Part shown: positions 16,805 to 24,000 of the stretch, piece by piece
Layout: the number at the start of each line of letters is the position of its first letter
Position numbering within the stretch: the first letter of the stretch is position 1
NCBI GenBank assembly: GCA_964292325.1
Contig: CAXYVG010000001.1
Location: 60,214 to 84,213, forward strand
Length of the DNA stretch: 24,000 bases
Direction of reading: 5' to 3'
DNA from: an uncultured bacterium
Lineage (GTDB): Bacteria > Bacillota > Negativicutes > DSM-13327
Notes under the pieces: generated by a model
Databases searched by the model: none
Seen by the model: only the letters and a program-made list of their open reading frames with translations
What the model was told of the DNA's origin: nothing
Made by a program: the position numbers and the translations under genes

Positions 16805-17122
16805 CTAGATATCACAATCAATTGCACCTGAATATTTTATTAAATCAGGAACTTCCTTTGCCTCAAATTTTAAAATAACAGATTCTTTATCCAATCCTTC
16901 AGAGCAATTTTCTACCTTTGAGACAAGAAATTCTAAACCATATTTCGAGAAATCATTCCATAAGCGGCATGGCAATTCTTCTAATTCCTTATATGTGATT
17001 AAAAATTTTTCTTGATATGCCGCTGCAAACAATCGCTCTCTCCAGAGTTCATCTTGACTTATTTCGTTTACAACATCATCGATATATTTTTTATGTACAT
17101 TCTCTATGAGTGCAAATTTCAT
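16805..17122 (-). CDS. Hypothetical protein, no recognised family
   Basis: 105-aa ORF with SD AAGGAGAATCAAACA-ATG. It lies between two upstream terminators and a separate TATAAT for mltG. No TM segment or signal peptide. Confidence 0.55.
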   Translation of the reverse strand: MKFALIENVHKKYIDDVVNEISQDELWRERLFAAAYQEKFLITYKELEELPCRLWNDFSKYGLEFLVSKVENCSEGLDKESVILKFEAKEVPDLIKYSGAIDCDI

Positions 17123-17217
17123 TGTTTGATTCTCCTTATACGATTACTTCTTATTATTTTAACTTAATTTATAAATAAAATTCATAATAGAGAACATGAT
17201 ATACTTTTTGATTCCGT

Positions 17218-17253
17218 AAAAAAGACAGTTAGCATATTTCTATGCTAACTGCC
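17218..17253 (-). terminator. Rho-independent terminator (second of a tandem pair after DUF1292)
   Basis: Minus-strand GGCAGTTAGCATA-GAAA-TATGCTAACTGTC (one mismatch at the stem base) followed by TTTTTT (17218-17223). Confidence 0.8.
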
Positions 17254-17286
17254 CTATGTAAATCGTTTTCAATAGGGTTTTTTCAG

Positions 17287-17314
17287 TAAAAAAATGAAGC
17301 CTATTCGGCTTCAT
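17287..17314 (-). terminator. Rho-independent terminator overlapping the DUF1292 stop codon
   Basis: Minus-strand ATGAAGCC-GAATA-GGCTTCAT (17294-17314) followed by TTTTTTT. The TAG stop (17301-17303) lies inside the hairpin. Confidence 0.7.
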
Positions 17315-17648
17315 CCTCTTCTACCATTAGTTCTTCATAAGCCTTGCGGACTTCTTCAAACTCTTCATCGGTAGGATCAACATATACTTCCTCGCCATTT
17401 TCATCCGTATCAATGCGCGCAATATATACATCAACTTCATCTTCAGAACAGTCGCATCCAGCACCGCATCCGCAACCTTCATCTTCACATTGATCTTCAC
17501 CAATAGGAATTAAGATTGCATACTGCTTATCCCCAACTGGAACAATCATTTCCTCACGATAATAATATTCGTTACCCTCTTCGTCAGTCATTACTACGAC
17601 GAGCTCTTCATCCATTTCTTCAAGGTCATCATTTTCAAAATCAGCCAT
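17301..17648 (-). CDS. DUF1292 (YrzB-like) acidic protein with an internal Cys cluster
   Basis: VVVMTDEEGNEYYYREEMIVPVGDKQYAILIPI...VDVYIARIDTDENGEEVYVDPTDEEFEEVRKAYEEL fits the DUF1292 pattern. It sits after ruvX as in B. subtilis. Confidence 0.85.
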   Translation of the reverse strand: MADFENDDLEEMDEELVVVMTDEEGNEYYYREEMIVPVGDKQYAILIPIGEDQCEDEGCGCGAGCDCSEDEVDVYIARIDTDENGEEVYVDPTDEEFEEVRKAYEELMVEEDEAE

Positions 17649-17704
17649 TCATTTCACCTCTTCCTTTTAGTGTAATGTAATTTTATCGTAGAAAACTTAT
17701 CCTG

Positions 17705-18133
17705 TCAAGGAAGTTCTTGACAAGGTAGGCTATCAAGATAACCTTGTAAAATAAACACTGCAGCCATTTTATCAATTACTTTTTTTCTTTTTGCTCGGCT
17801 AACATCTGCCTCAATCAACGCTCTTGTTGCTGCCACTGTTGATAAACGTTCATCCCATAACTGCACTTTTAATTGAGGGAACAAAAGTTGCAATGTAGCT
17901 GCAAACTCCTTCATCAGTTCACCACGTGGACCGATCGTTCCATTCATATTTTTAGGCAAACCAACAACAATGGTCTTCACTTCATACTGAGTAACCAATT
18001 CACTTAATCGAGCAAAATCTTTTTCTGTCGACGTACGACGAATTACCTCAACACCTTGCGCTGTCATTCGTAATAAATCGCTTGCCGCCACTCCAATGGT
18101 TTTATCACCAACATCAAGAGCTAGTATGCGCAT
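17705..18133 (-). CDS. ruvX: YqgF/RuvX putative pre-16S rRNA nuclease (Holliday junction resolvase-like)
   Basis: [19 protein letters not shown]...[18 protein letters not shown]...[10 protein letters not shown] is canonical YqgF. Confidence 0.93.
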   Translation of the reverse strand: MRILALDVGDKTIGVAASDLLRMTAQGVEVIRRTSTEKDFARLSELVTQYEVKTIVVGLPKNMNGTIGPRGELMKEFAATLQLLFPQLKVQLWDERLSTVAATRALIEADVSRAKRKKVIDKMAAVFILQGYLDSLPCQELP

Positions 18134-18195
18134 CTTTCCTCCAAATATACCTTACAATCATAATAACTATAACGTAGCCAGATTTTACAATTTTT

Positions 18196-18450
18196 TTATT
18201 TATCTTTTAGATATGCTCTCACAAATTCTTCTAAAAGTTCATCTCGTTCTAATTTGCGTATTAAACCACGGGCATTATTATGACTGGTAATATAGGTAGG
18301 ATCTCCTGACAACAGATAACCCACAATTTGGTTAATAGGATTATACCCCTTGGTCACCAAAGATTGGTATACAGAATGAATAACCATAGCTGCATTATTT
18401 TCGTCATTATCTACACGAAACATCATCGTTTCTTCGGATATATTGGCCAT
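18196..18450 (-). CDS. ireB: IreB family regulatory phosphoprotein (UPF0297/YrzL)
   Basis: 84 aa: ETMMF...[55 protein letters not shown]. It sits directly after alaS as in B. subtilis. Confidence 0.9.
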   Translation of the reverse strand: MANISEETMMFRVDNDENNAAMVIHSVYQSLVTKGYNPINQIVGYLLSGDPTYITSHNNARGLIRKLERDELLEEFVRAYLKDK

Positions 18451-18513
18451 TGAGCATCCTCCTCCCTACTATTATTTCCATCTTTATATCATTACATTCT
18501 ACTCTCACTAGTT

Positions 18514-18546
18514 TTTTCCTCTAATTTTTTTAAAAAATTAGAGGAA
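18514..18546. repeat. Perfect AT-rich palindrome
   Basis: TTTCCTCTAATTTTT / AAAAATTAGAGGAAA arms around a 3-nt centre. No U-tract follows it on either strand. Confidence 0.8.
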
Positions 18547-18558
18547 AGTATCGAATGA

Positions 18559-18593
18559 TCTTATCGAAAAATATGTACCATATTTTTCGATAA
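18559..18593. repeat. Perfect 16-bp inverted repeat 28 nt downstream of the alaS stop
   Basis: CTTATCGAAAAATATG-tac-CATATTTTTCGATAAG. On the minus strand it is followed by ATCATTCG, with no U-tract. Confidence 0.85.
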
Positions 18594-18621
18594 GCAATGT
18601 CCTCAATAATGGACTCTATTA

Positions 18622-21246
18622 TTATTTAATCTGAGAGGCAATAACATCTGCAGCAGCTTTTAGTGCTTCGGCAATTTTTTCAGGTTGCTTACCACCTGCC
18701 TGAGCCATATCAGGACGTCCGCCGCCGCCGCCGCCAGCAACTTTTGCCACTTCTTTGATAATGTTACCAGAATGTATGCCTTTAGCCACAGCTTCTTTTG
18801 TAGCCATAACGACAAAATTAACTTTGTCGCCGTTGATAGCCCCTAGAGTGACAACACCACATGTTAAATGATTCCGAACCATATCAGCAACCGTACGTAA
18901 GCCGTCCATATCTGCACTGCTAGCCTGACCGATTACCGCTTGCACACCATTTATTTCAATAGTATTAGCGAGTAATTCTTGTACTTCAACCTGAGCTTGT
19001 TTTGTCGTAAGAGTAGTCAATTCATGTTCTAAGTCTTTCACTCGATTGATAAGACTTTCTACCTTCGTAACCACTTCTTCTGGTCGTGATTTTAATACTG
19101 TCGCTGCCTCTTGCAATATATTTTCTCTTGCTATGATATATTCAATTGCTCCTGCGCCGGTTACCGCTTCGATTCTTCGAATACCAGAACCAATACCAGC
19201 TTCACTCACAATTTTCACTAAGCCAATTTCAGCAGTATTCGCCACATGGCTACCACCACAAAGCTCCATACTTACATTGCCAACTGATACCACTCGTACT
19301 ACATCGCCATATTTTTCGCCAAATAAAGCCATTGCACCCATTTCTTTCGCTTTTTGCTGTGTAGTTTCCATAATATCCACGGCAATATTTTCTAAAATTG
19401 CAGTATGGACAATTTTCTCTACCGCAACCAATTGCTCAGGCGTCACTTGGGAAAAATGAGAAAAGTCAAAACGTAAACGATCCGGACTAACAAATGATCC
19501 TGCTTGATTGACATGAGATCCTAATACTTCTTTCAACGCTGCATGTAATAAATGTGTAGCGGTATGATTGCGTGCAATATCTCGTCTGCGCGTAACATCT
19601 ACTTTTTGCGCCACTGCATCATGAACTTTTAGCGAACCTTCGATGACATGTCCGACATGATAAACCGTACCATTTAGTAATTTTTTCACAGCGGTAATTT
19701 GCACCTTACCAACTGTACCTTCAACGAAGCCATTATCTCCGACTTGACCGCCACCTTCCGCATGGAAAGCCGTCACATCCAGAATCATACCAATATCTTC
19801 CCCATCATGAACTTCATTCACAATCACGCCATCTTTCCACATCAAGACAATATTTCCAGTCGTAGCTTGCTCATTTACACTCAGCTCAGTCGTAGATAGA
19901 TGCGATACATCCGGAATAACCATTTGCTTTTCATTTGATTGACGACCAGCTCTAGCTCTTTCTCGCTGTTCTTTCATCGCTACATCAAAAGCTTGTTTAT
20001 CTAGCTGCATACCATGTTCTTCTACAATTTCCAGCGTAAGTTCCCAAGGGAAACCAAACGTATCATATAATTTAAAGGCTGTTGCACCATCAAGCATAGT
20101 AATGCCTTTCTCTGTTAATTGCTCAATATGCCCATTTAGTAATTCCATCCCTTGTACGAGAGTGGTTTGGAAGCGTTCTTCCTCTAGTTGAATCACATTT
20201 TTTATGTATGTTTGCTTTTCTGCCAAATCAGGATATGCTTCAGCAAAAATTCCGATTACAACATCCACCATAGGAACTAGGAACATTTTTTCGATGCCAA
20301 GTAATCTAGCATGCCGTACGGCACGACGCAAAATACGACGTAATACATAGCCTCTACCTTCGTTAGACGGCAAAATACCATCGGAAATCATGACCGTCAT
20401 ACTACGAATATGATCACCAATTACCTTTAGCGAGACATCAACTTTCGGTGAAGATCCATAGACCACACCCGCGAGGTTTGCTGCATATTCAATCAATGGG
20501 AATAATAAATCAGTTTCAAAGTTTGATGGTTTCTGTTGCAGTACAGAGGCAATCCGTTCTAGTCCTGCACCTGTATCAATATTTTTCTTTGCCAGTGGAG
20601 TATAATTGCCTGCATCATCACGATCATACTGCGTAAATACCAAATTCCATATTTCTAAATATCGATCACAATCACAGCCAACTGCACAGTCAGGACGATC
20701 ACAACCACGCTCTGGTCCTAAATCAAAATAGATTTCCGAGCAAGGACCACATGGTCCAGGTCCTATTTCCCAAAAATTATCTTCCAGTCGAATAATGCGA
20801 TCAGCTGGTACTTTTATATCATTAAGCCAAATATCAAATGCTTCATCATCTTTCGTATGAATCGTCACCCACAATTTGTCTTTCGGCATTTGAAGCTCTT
20901 CAGTAATAAATTCCCATGCCCAGGCAATCGCTTCTTTTTTAAAATAATCACCAAAAGAGAAGTTTCCTAGCATTTCAAAAAACGTATGATGCCTTGCCGT
21001 CCGGCCCACATTCTCAATATCTCCAGTACGCACACACTTTTGACTTGTCGTAATGCGCGGATGAGGTGGGTTCATTTTCCCCGTAAAAAAAGGTTTAAAC
21101 GGAGCCATACCAGCACCTACTAATAGTAATGTAGGATCATTTTCCGGAATTAATGGATAACTTTGCAAAACCAAGTGATTTTTATCAGCAAAAAATTGTA
21201 CAAACTTCTTGCGTAATTCATTTCCTGTCATATAAATCAAGTTCAT
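18622..21246 (-). CDS. alaS: Alanine--tRNA ligase
   Basis: 874 aa with GNELRKKFVQFFADKNH, editing-domain HTATHLLH and CGGSHV, and C-terminal GGGGGGRPDMAQAGG (DHHA1). SD GGAGG lies 3 nt from ATG 21246. Confidence 0.98.
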   Translation of the reverse strand: MNLIYMTGNELRKKFVQFFADKNHLVLQSYPLIPENDPTLLLVGAGMAPFKPFFTGKMNPPHPRITTSQKCVRTGDIENVGRTARHHTFFEMLGNFSFGDYFKKEAIAWAWEFITEELQMPKDKLWVTIHTKDDEAFDIWLNDIKVPADRIIRLEDNFWEIGPGPCGPCSEIYFDLGPERGCDRPDCAVGCDCDRYLEIWNLVFTQYDRDDAGNYTPLAKKNIDTGAGLERIASVLQQKPSNFETDLLFPLIEYAANLAGVVYGSSPKVDVSLKVIGDHIRSMTVMISDGILPSNEGRGYVLRRILRRAVRHARLLGIEKMFLVPMVDVVIGIFAEAYPDLAEKQTYIKNVIQLEEERFQTTLVQGMELLNGHIEQLTEKGITMLDGATAFKLYDTFGFPWELTLEIVEEHGMQLDKQAFDVAMKEQRERARAGRQSNEKQMVIPDVSHLSTTELSVNEQATTGNIVLMWKDGVIVNEVHDGEDIGMILDVTAFHAEGGGQVGDNGFVEGTVGKVQITAVKKLLNGTVYHVGHVIEGSLKVHDAVAQKVDVTRRRDIARNHTATHLLHAALKEVLGSHVNQAGSFVSPDRLRFDFSHFSQVTPEQLVAVEKIVHTAILENIAVDIMETTQQKAKEMGAMALFGEKYGDVVRVVSVGNVSMELCGGSHVANTAEIGLVKIVSEAGIGSGIRRIEAVTGAGAIEYIIARENILQEAATVLKSRPEEVVTKVESLINRVKDLEHELTTLTTKQAQVEVQELLANTIEINGVQAVIGQASSADMDGLRTVADMVRNHLTCGVVTLGAINGDKVNFVVMATKEAVAKGIHSGNIIKEVAKVAGGGGGGRPDMAQAGGKQPEKIAEALKAAADVIASQIK

Positions 21247-21280
21247 CTACCTCCAGATTGTTAGGGATACCCATTTCGAC

Positions 21281-21309
21281 ATTATACCGAATTTATCGTA
21301 CGGTGTCAA
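21281..21309 (-). promoter_or_regulatory. Consensus sigma-A promoter for alaS
   Basis: Minus strand reads TTGACA (21304-21309), exactly 17 nt, TATAAT (21281-21286). The leader to ATG 21246 is only about 30 nt. Confidence 0.8.
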
Positions 21310-21344
21310 TAAATGCCCAGTATAACGGACGGTATAATATGTCC

Positions 21345-22370
21345 CTATAACAACACTTTTAGCACATGTCGAATGAGTACTTTACATATAGCAATCAGCG
21401 GTACACCCAGTAACATACCAATCAATCCATACAATTCACCACCAACAAACACAAAAAATATTACAGTTAATGGATGCAGCCCTGTATTCTCACCAATAAT
21501 CTTGGGTTGAATAATATTTCCTTCTATTTGTTGAATGATAACAAATAGAAGGATTACTTTTACAGTCAGCCATGAAGATTCGAGCGTAGCTAACATGACT
21601 GCTGGTGCAGCACCTATGATGGCTCCAAAATAGGGAATGATATCAAAAACAGCTGCTAATATGCCAATAATCAATGCAAATTTTACTTGTAGCATTTTTA
21701 GACCAATCGTAACAAAAATGCCAACGATACACGCTACTGTCAATTGACCACGGATAATTCCAGCTAACACTTTATCTACATCACGAAAGAATAAAGTACA
21801 TTCAGCTCGCCATTTACCTGGAAACAATTGTAATAATTGTTCCTTAATCGCATACCAATCATGAAGTAGATAAAAGGCCAAAATGGGACTAATCGCCACT
21901 CCAATCGAATTTCGAAATACCTGAATGATACTCGTTACGATTTGACCAATAAATCGTTGCATATCCCGTTCAAGTACCAACAAGGCCTCATCAATGGCTA
22001 AACGGACAGAATAGGGCAATGATGAATTTTGATATTGTGCTTGGATGATGCCTAGCAAATCATCAATATGAGCTATAATTTGCGGCAATTCTGCAGAAAA
22101 ATATTCTAAGTCTCGAATTAAGATCGTCAATAATTTGCTACCACCAATAATCACAACAACAAATAAAATGAAATACACAATCACGATGGCCCATAGTCTC
22201 TTTATCCCTTTTCTCTCAAAAAAACAGATAATAGGATTTAACATATATGCTAATAACAAGCCAATACCAAACGGATATAAAGCACTACGAACCAGCCAAA
22301 AAAAATAGAAAACACCTAGTACAGCACTACTTATCATCGCAATTTTTATATTTTTTTTAGTTGCATCCAT
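21345..22370 (-). CDS. AI-2E family transporter (PerM/YtvI-like permease)
   Basis: About 341 aa, polytopic, with ...IIPYFGAIIGAAPAV...IIQQIEGNIIQPKIIGENTGLHPLTVIF... typical of the family. Start moved to ATG 22370 (GAGGTG-TTTAGT-ATG). Confidence 0.88.
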   Translation of the reverse strand: MDATKKNIKIAMISSAVLGVFYFFWLVRSALYPFGIGLLLAYMLNPIICFFERKGIKRLWAIVIVYFILFVVVIIGGSKLLTILIRDLEYFSAELPQIIAHIDDLLGIIQAQYQNSSLPYSVRLAIDEALLVLERDMQRFIGQIVTSIIQVFRNSIGVAISPILAFYLLHDWYAIKEQLLQLFPGKWRAECTLFFRDVDKVLAGIIRGQLTVACIVGIFVTIGLKMLQVKFALIIGILAAVFDIIPYFGAIIGAAPAVMLATLESSWLTVKVILLFVIIQQIEGNIIQPKIIGENTGLHPLTVIFFVFVGGELYGLIGMLLGVPLIAICKVLIRHVLKVLL

Positions 22371-22385
22371 ACTAAACACCTCAGT

Positions 22386-22420
22386 AAAAATGAAGCGGTG
22401 ACCATTGGCCGCCGCTTCAT
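22386..22420 (-). terminator. Rho-independent terminator after the small Zn-ribbon ORF
   Basis: Minus-strand ATGAAGCGG, 13-nt loop, CCGCTTCAT, then TTTT. It ends 3 nt before the permease SD. Confidence 0.6.
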
Positions 22421-22456
22421 ACGTGTAAAAAATAATATAGTCATTCTCTACTATTC

Positions 22457-22657
22457 TTATGTCATCGTCGTTTCTACTGTTTCTAATGTTTCCATTGGTG
22501 CTAAATAGGAAGTTAAAGTACCATCTGCTTCTACATTAAAAATCTTAGTCTGATCACCATGCACCATAAATTCCACACAACAATCCCAACAAAAATACTG
22601 TTCTGATCCGACTTTTCCAATCGCTCGCCTACTACCACAAACAGGACAATCCTTCAT
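22457..22657 (-). CDS. Small zinc-ribbon protein of unknown function
   Basis: 66 aa with CPVC-x15-CWDCC. ATG 22657 is preferred (GAGGTG, 8 nt) over ATG 22663 (2 nt spacing). Followed by a terminator. Confidence 0.6.
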   Translation of the reverse strand: MKDCPVCGSRRAIGKVGSEQYFCWDCCVEFMVHGDQTKIFNVEADGTLTSYLAPMETLETVETTMT

Positions 22658-22803
22658 CAACATTACACCTCACACATTTTTAAAATCCATAAAGTACTAA
22701 GAAAATAGCAGTTGTATTGTTAGTCTGCCGCATATGGAATCTAGAACATTCACGATGATTGCTATAAAGAAGATGTAGCGATATCTATAAGGCAGTAAAG
22801 AAA

Positions 22804-23307
22804 TTAGTTGCATTCATTATAAAGAAGCTTGATCATTTTTTCAGGAACAATCAATTTATCCTCACCGGTCATTTGCACTTGTGGTAGTGGCATACTCTTA
22901 CGCCCATATAGCAAGTCAGTTATAATACTGTCAGATATTTGATAATGGTGTAGTTCGCCAGTAATCACATCAAAAGCAATATCAACTAACGTACCAATAA
23001 GAATCCCACTTTCGGTAAATATTTGTTTTTGATATAAATCCCGCAAGTAATATATTTCATCATCAGGTACTACCTGCAATTCGTATACAACGTGATCATT
23101 GCGAACCATAACCGCATCACACCCTATACGAAATAAATCTTCAAAAGCAATCACTTGTTCTGCCTGAAATAAATTTTGTTGGATAATAACGAAATATTCT
23201 ACACATACCTTCTCCATATTAACCAGTATTTCTGCTATCTGCCCAATCTGTATACCTGTTTCGATTTCCAAGACTGGCAGGCCAACTAAGCATCCCAACT
23301 TTCCCAT
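22804..23307 (-). CDS. Tandem PRC-barrel domain protein (YlmC/YmxH-like repeats)
   Basis: Contains GLPVLEIETGIQIGQIAEILV... and a second ...IFTESGILIGTLVDIAFDVITGEL... repeat. Start moved to ATG 23307 (GGGAGG, 8 nt). Confidence 0.7.
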   Translation of the reverse strand: MGKLGCLVGLPVLEIETGIQIGQIAEILVNMEKVCVEYFVIIQQNLFQAEQVIAFEDLFRIGCDAVMVRNDHVVYELQVVPDDEIYYLRDLYQKQIFTESGILIGTLVDIAFDVITGELHHYQISDSIITDLLYGRKSMPLPQVQMTGEDKLIVPEKMIKLLYNECN

Positions 23308-23373
23308 TAGAACGGCCTCCCATAAAGATCGTAATAGTATTATAACCACTATTATGAAATTTTATTATATAAA

Positions 23374-23408
23374 CAAAAAAAAAATAAAGAGAGGTGATTC
23401 CTCTCTTT
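23374..23408 (-). terminator. Rho-independent terminator after mnmA
   Basis: Minus-strand AAAGAGAGG-AATCA-CCTCTCTTT (overlapping the TAA stop) followed by A+TTTTTTTTTT. Confidence 0.88.
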
Positions 23409-24000
23409 ACCTTACAGACTTTATAATAATTCCACCACCAATGACCATATCACCATCATAAAATACCACGGATTGTCCTGGCGTAACTGCCCTTTGTGGT
23501 TCATCAAACTTGACATGTACCTGACCATTAGTAAGAGGAGTGATCTTCGCCACGCCTTCACGAGATCCATAGCGGATCTTCGCGGAAACAGTCATCGGTG
23601 CCTCAAGCGCATCAATGCTAATAAAGTTCAAATCACCAGCGATCAGTTCACTGGCAAAAACATCTTGATCGCAGCCAACAACAATCTGATTTTTATCATA
23701 ATTCATTTCCACTACATATAGCGGTTTTCCTGTTGCAATTCCAAGACCTTTGCGCTGCCCAATGGTATATAACGGTACGCCTTGATGTTTGCCCAGTACA
23801 TTTCCATATACATCTACAATATCACCTGCTTTCAATGCATCAGGTGACTTTTCTGCTAAAAACCGTTTATAATCATCATCAGGAATAAAACAGATTTCTT
23901 GACTTTCCGGTTTATTCGCAACTGACAGTCCAAGTTCATTGGCTAAGGCTCTCGTCTTGACCTTCGTATAACTACCAAGAGGCATCAAAAAGTGCTGCAA
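23407..24000 (-). CDS. mnmA: tRNA 2-thiouridine(34) synthase MnmA, C-terminal part (5' end outside the window)
   Basis: SQEICFIP..DYKRFL, GQRKGLGIA, PLYVVEMNYDKNQIVVG, AKIRYGS and QRAVTPGQSVVFYDGDMVIGGGII are typical MnmA/TrmU. Confidence 0.93.
   Translation of the reverse strand: MQHFLMPLGSYTKVKTRALANELGLSVANKPESQEICFIPDDDYKRFLAEKSPDALKAGDIVDVYGNVLGKHQGVPLYTIGQRKGLGIATGKPLYVVEMNYDKNQIVVGCDQDVFASELIAGDLNFISIDALEAPMTVSAKIRYGSREGVAKITPLTNGQVHVKFDEPQRAVTPGQSVVFYDGDMVIGGGIIIKSVR

Noticed and set aside
16702-17300. The idea that the orphan ORF region is a horizontally acquired islet
   Set aside because: It has no flanking direct or inverted repeats and no integrase or tRNA. My hand-counted G+C (about 30-35%) overlaps values I counted in mltG (about 33%), so composition alone does not support acquisition.
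18719-18735. (CCG)5 trinucleotide run
   Set aside because: It encodes the conserved GGGGGG of the AlaRS C-terminal DHHA1 motif. It is in frame and under protein-level constraint, so it is not a contingency repeat.
19046-19459. 137-aa plus-strand ORF, plus several 60-70-aa ORFs, inside alaS
   Set aside because: They are antisense shadows within a highly conserved 874-aa gene.
21333-21338. TATAAT hexamer on the plus strand near the alaS promoter
   Set aside because: There is no plus-strand gene or convincing -35 box. It is part of the imperfect inverted repeat already noted upstream of the alaS -35.
1-24000. Search for tRNA or rRNA genes, CRISPR repeats, IS or transposase genes, prophage genes, toxin-antitoxin pairs or defence genes
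   Set aside because: I recognised none. All long ORFs are accounted for by housekeeping or sporulation families, the intergenic regions are short (at most about 180 nt), and most are explained by promoters and terminators.

Overview
Every gene in this 24-kb window is on the minus strand. It looks like conserved chromosomal backbone of an AT-rich, endospore-forming Firmicute (Clostridia- or Negativicutes-like; I cannot place it more precisely). In transcription order (high to low coordinates): mnmA (5' end cut by the window), double PRC-barrel protein, small Zn-ribbon ORF, AI-2E permease, alaS, ireB, ruvX, DUF1292, an orphan 105-aa ORF, mltG, trmR, U32 (TrhP-like), a coupled 69-aa ORF, class B PBP, Xaa-Pro aminopeptidase, efp, an acidic Zn-ribbon protein, the complete spoIIIAA-AH operon, asp23/amaP/DUF2273, nusB, xseA, xseB and ispA (3' end cut by the window). 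Two sub-blocks follow the B. subtilis gene order almost exactly: alaS-yrzL-yrrK-yrzB-yrrL-yrrM-yrrN/O and yqhT-efp-(yqhV)-spoIIIA-...-nusB-...-xseAB-ispA. Family calls come from motifs I read in the supplied translations plus synteny; I ran no database search. I refined several ORF-track starts using Shine-Dalgarno positions, and I found nine rho-independent terminators and several promoter candidates by eye. I saw no tRNA or rRNA genes, CRISPR arrays, IS elements, integrases, toxin-antitoxin pairs or defence-island signatures, and I do not see convincing evidence for a novel multi-gene system here. The items most worth a second look are small and local. They are an acidic CxxC-x20-CxxC protein insulated by terminators just upstream of spoIIIA, with a sigma-G-like promoter; an orphan ORF interrupting the DUF1292-mltG junction; a 69-aa ORF translationally coupled to the Fe-S U32 enzyme; a Cys cluster inside the DUF1292 protein; two long perfect palindromes after alaS; and alaS lacking room for a T-box leader.
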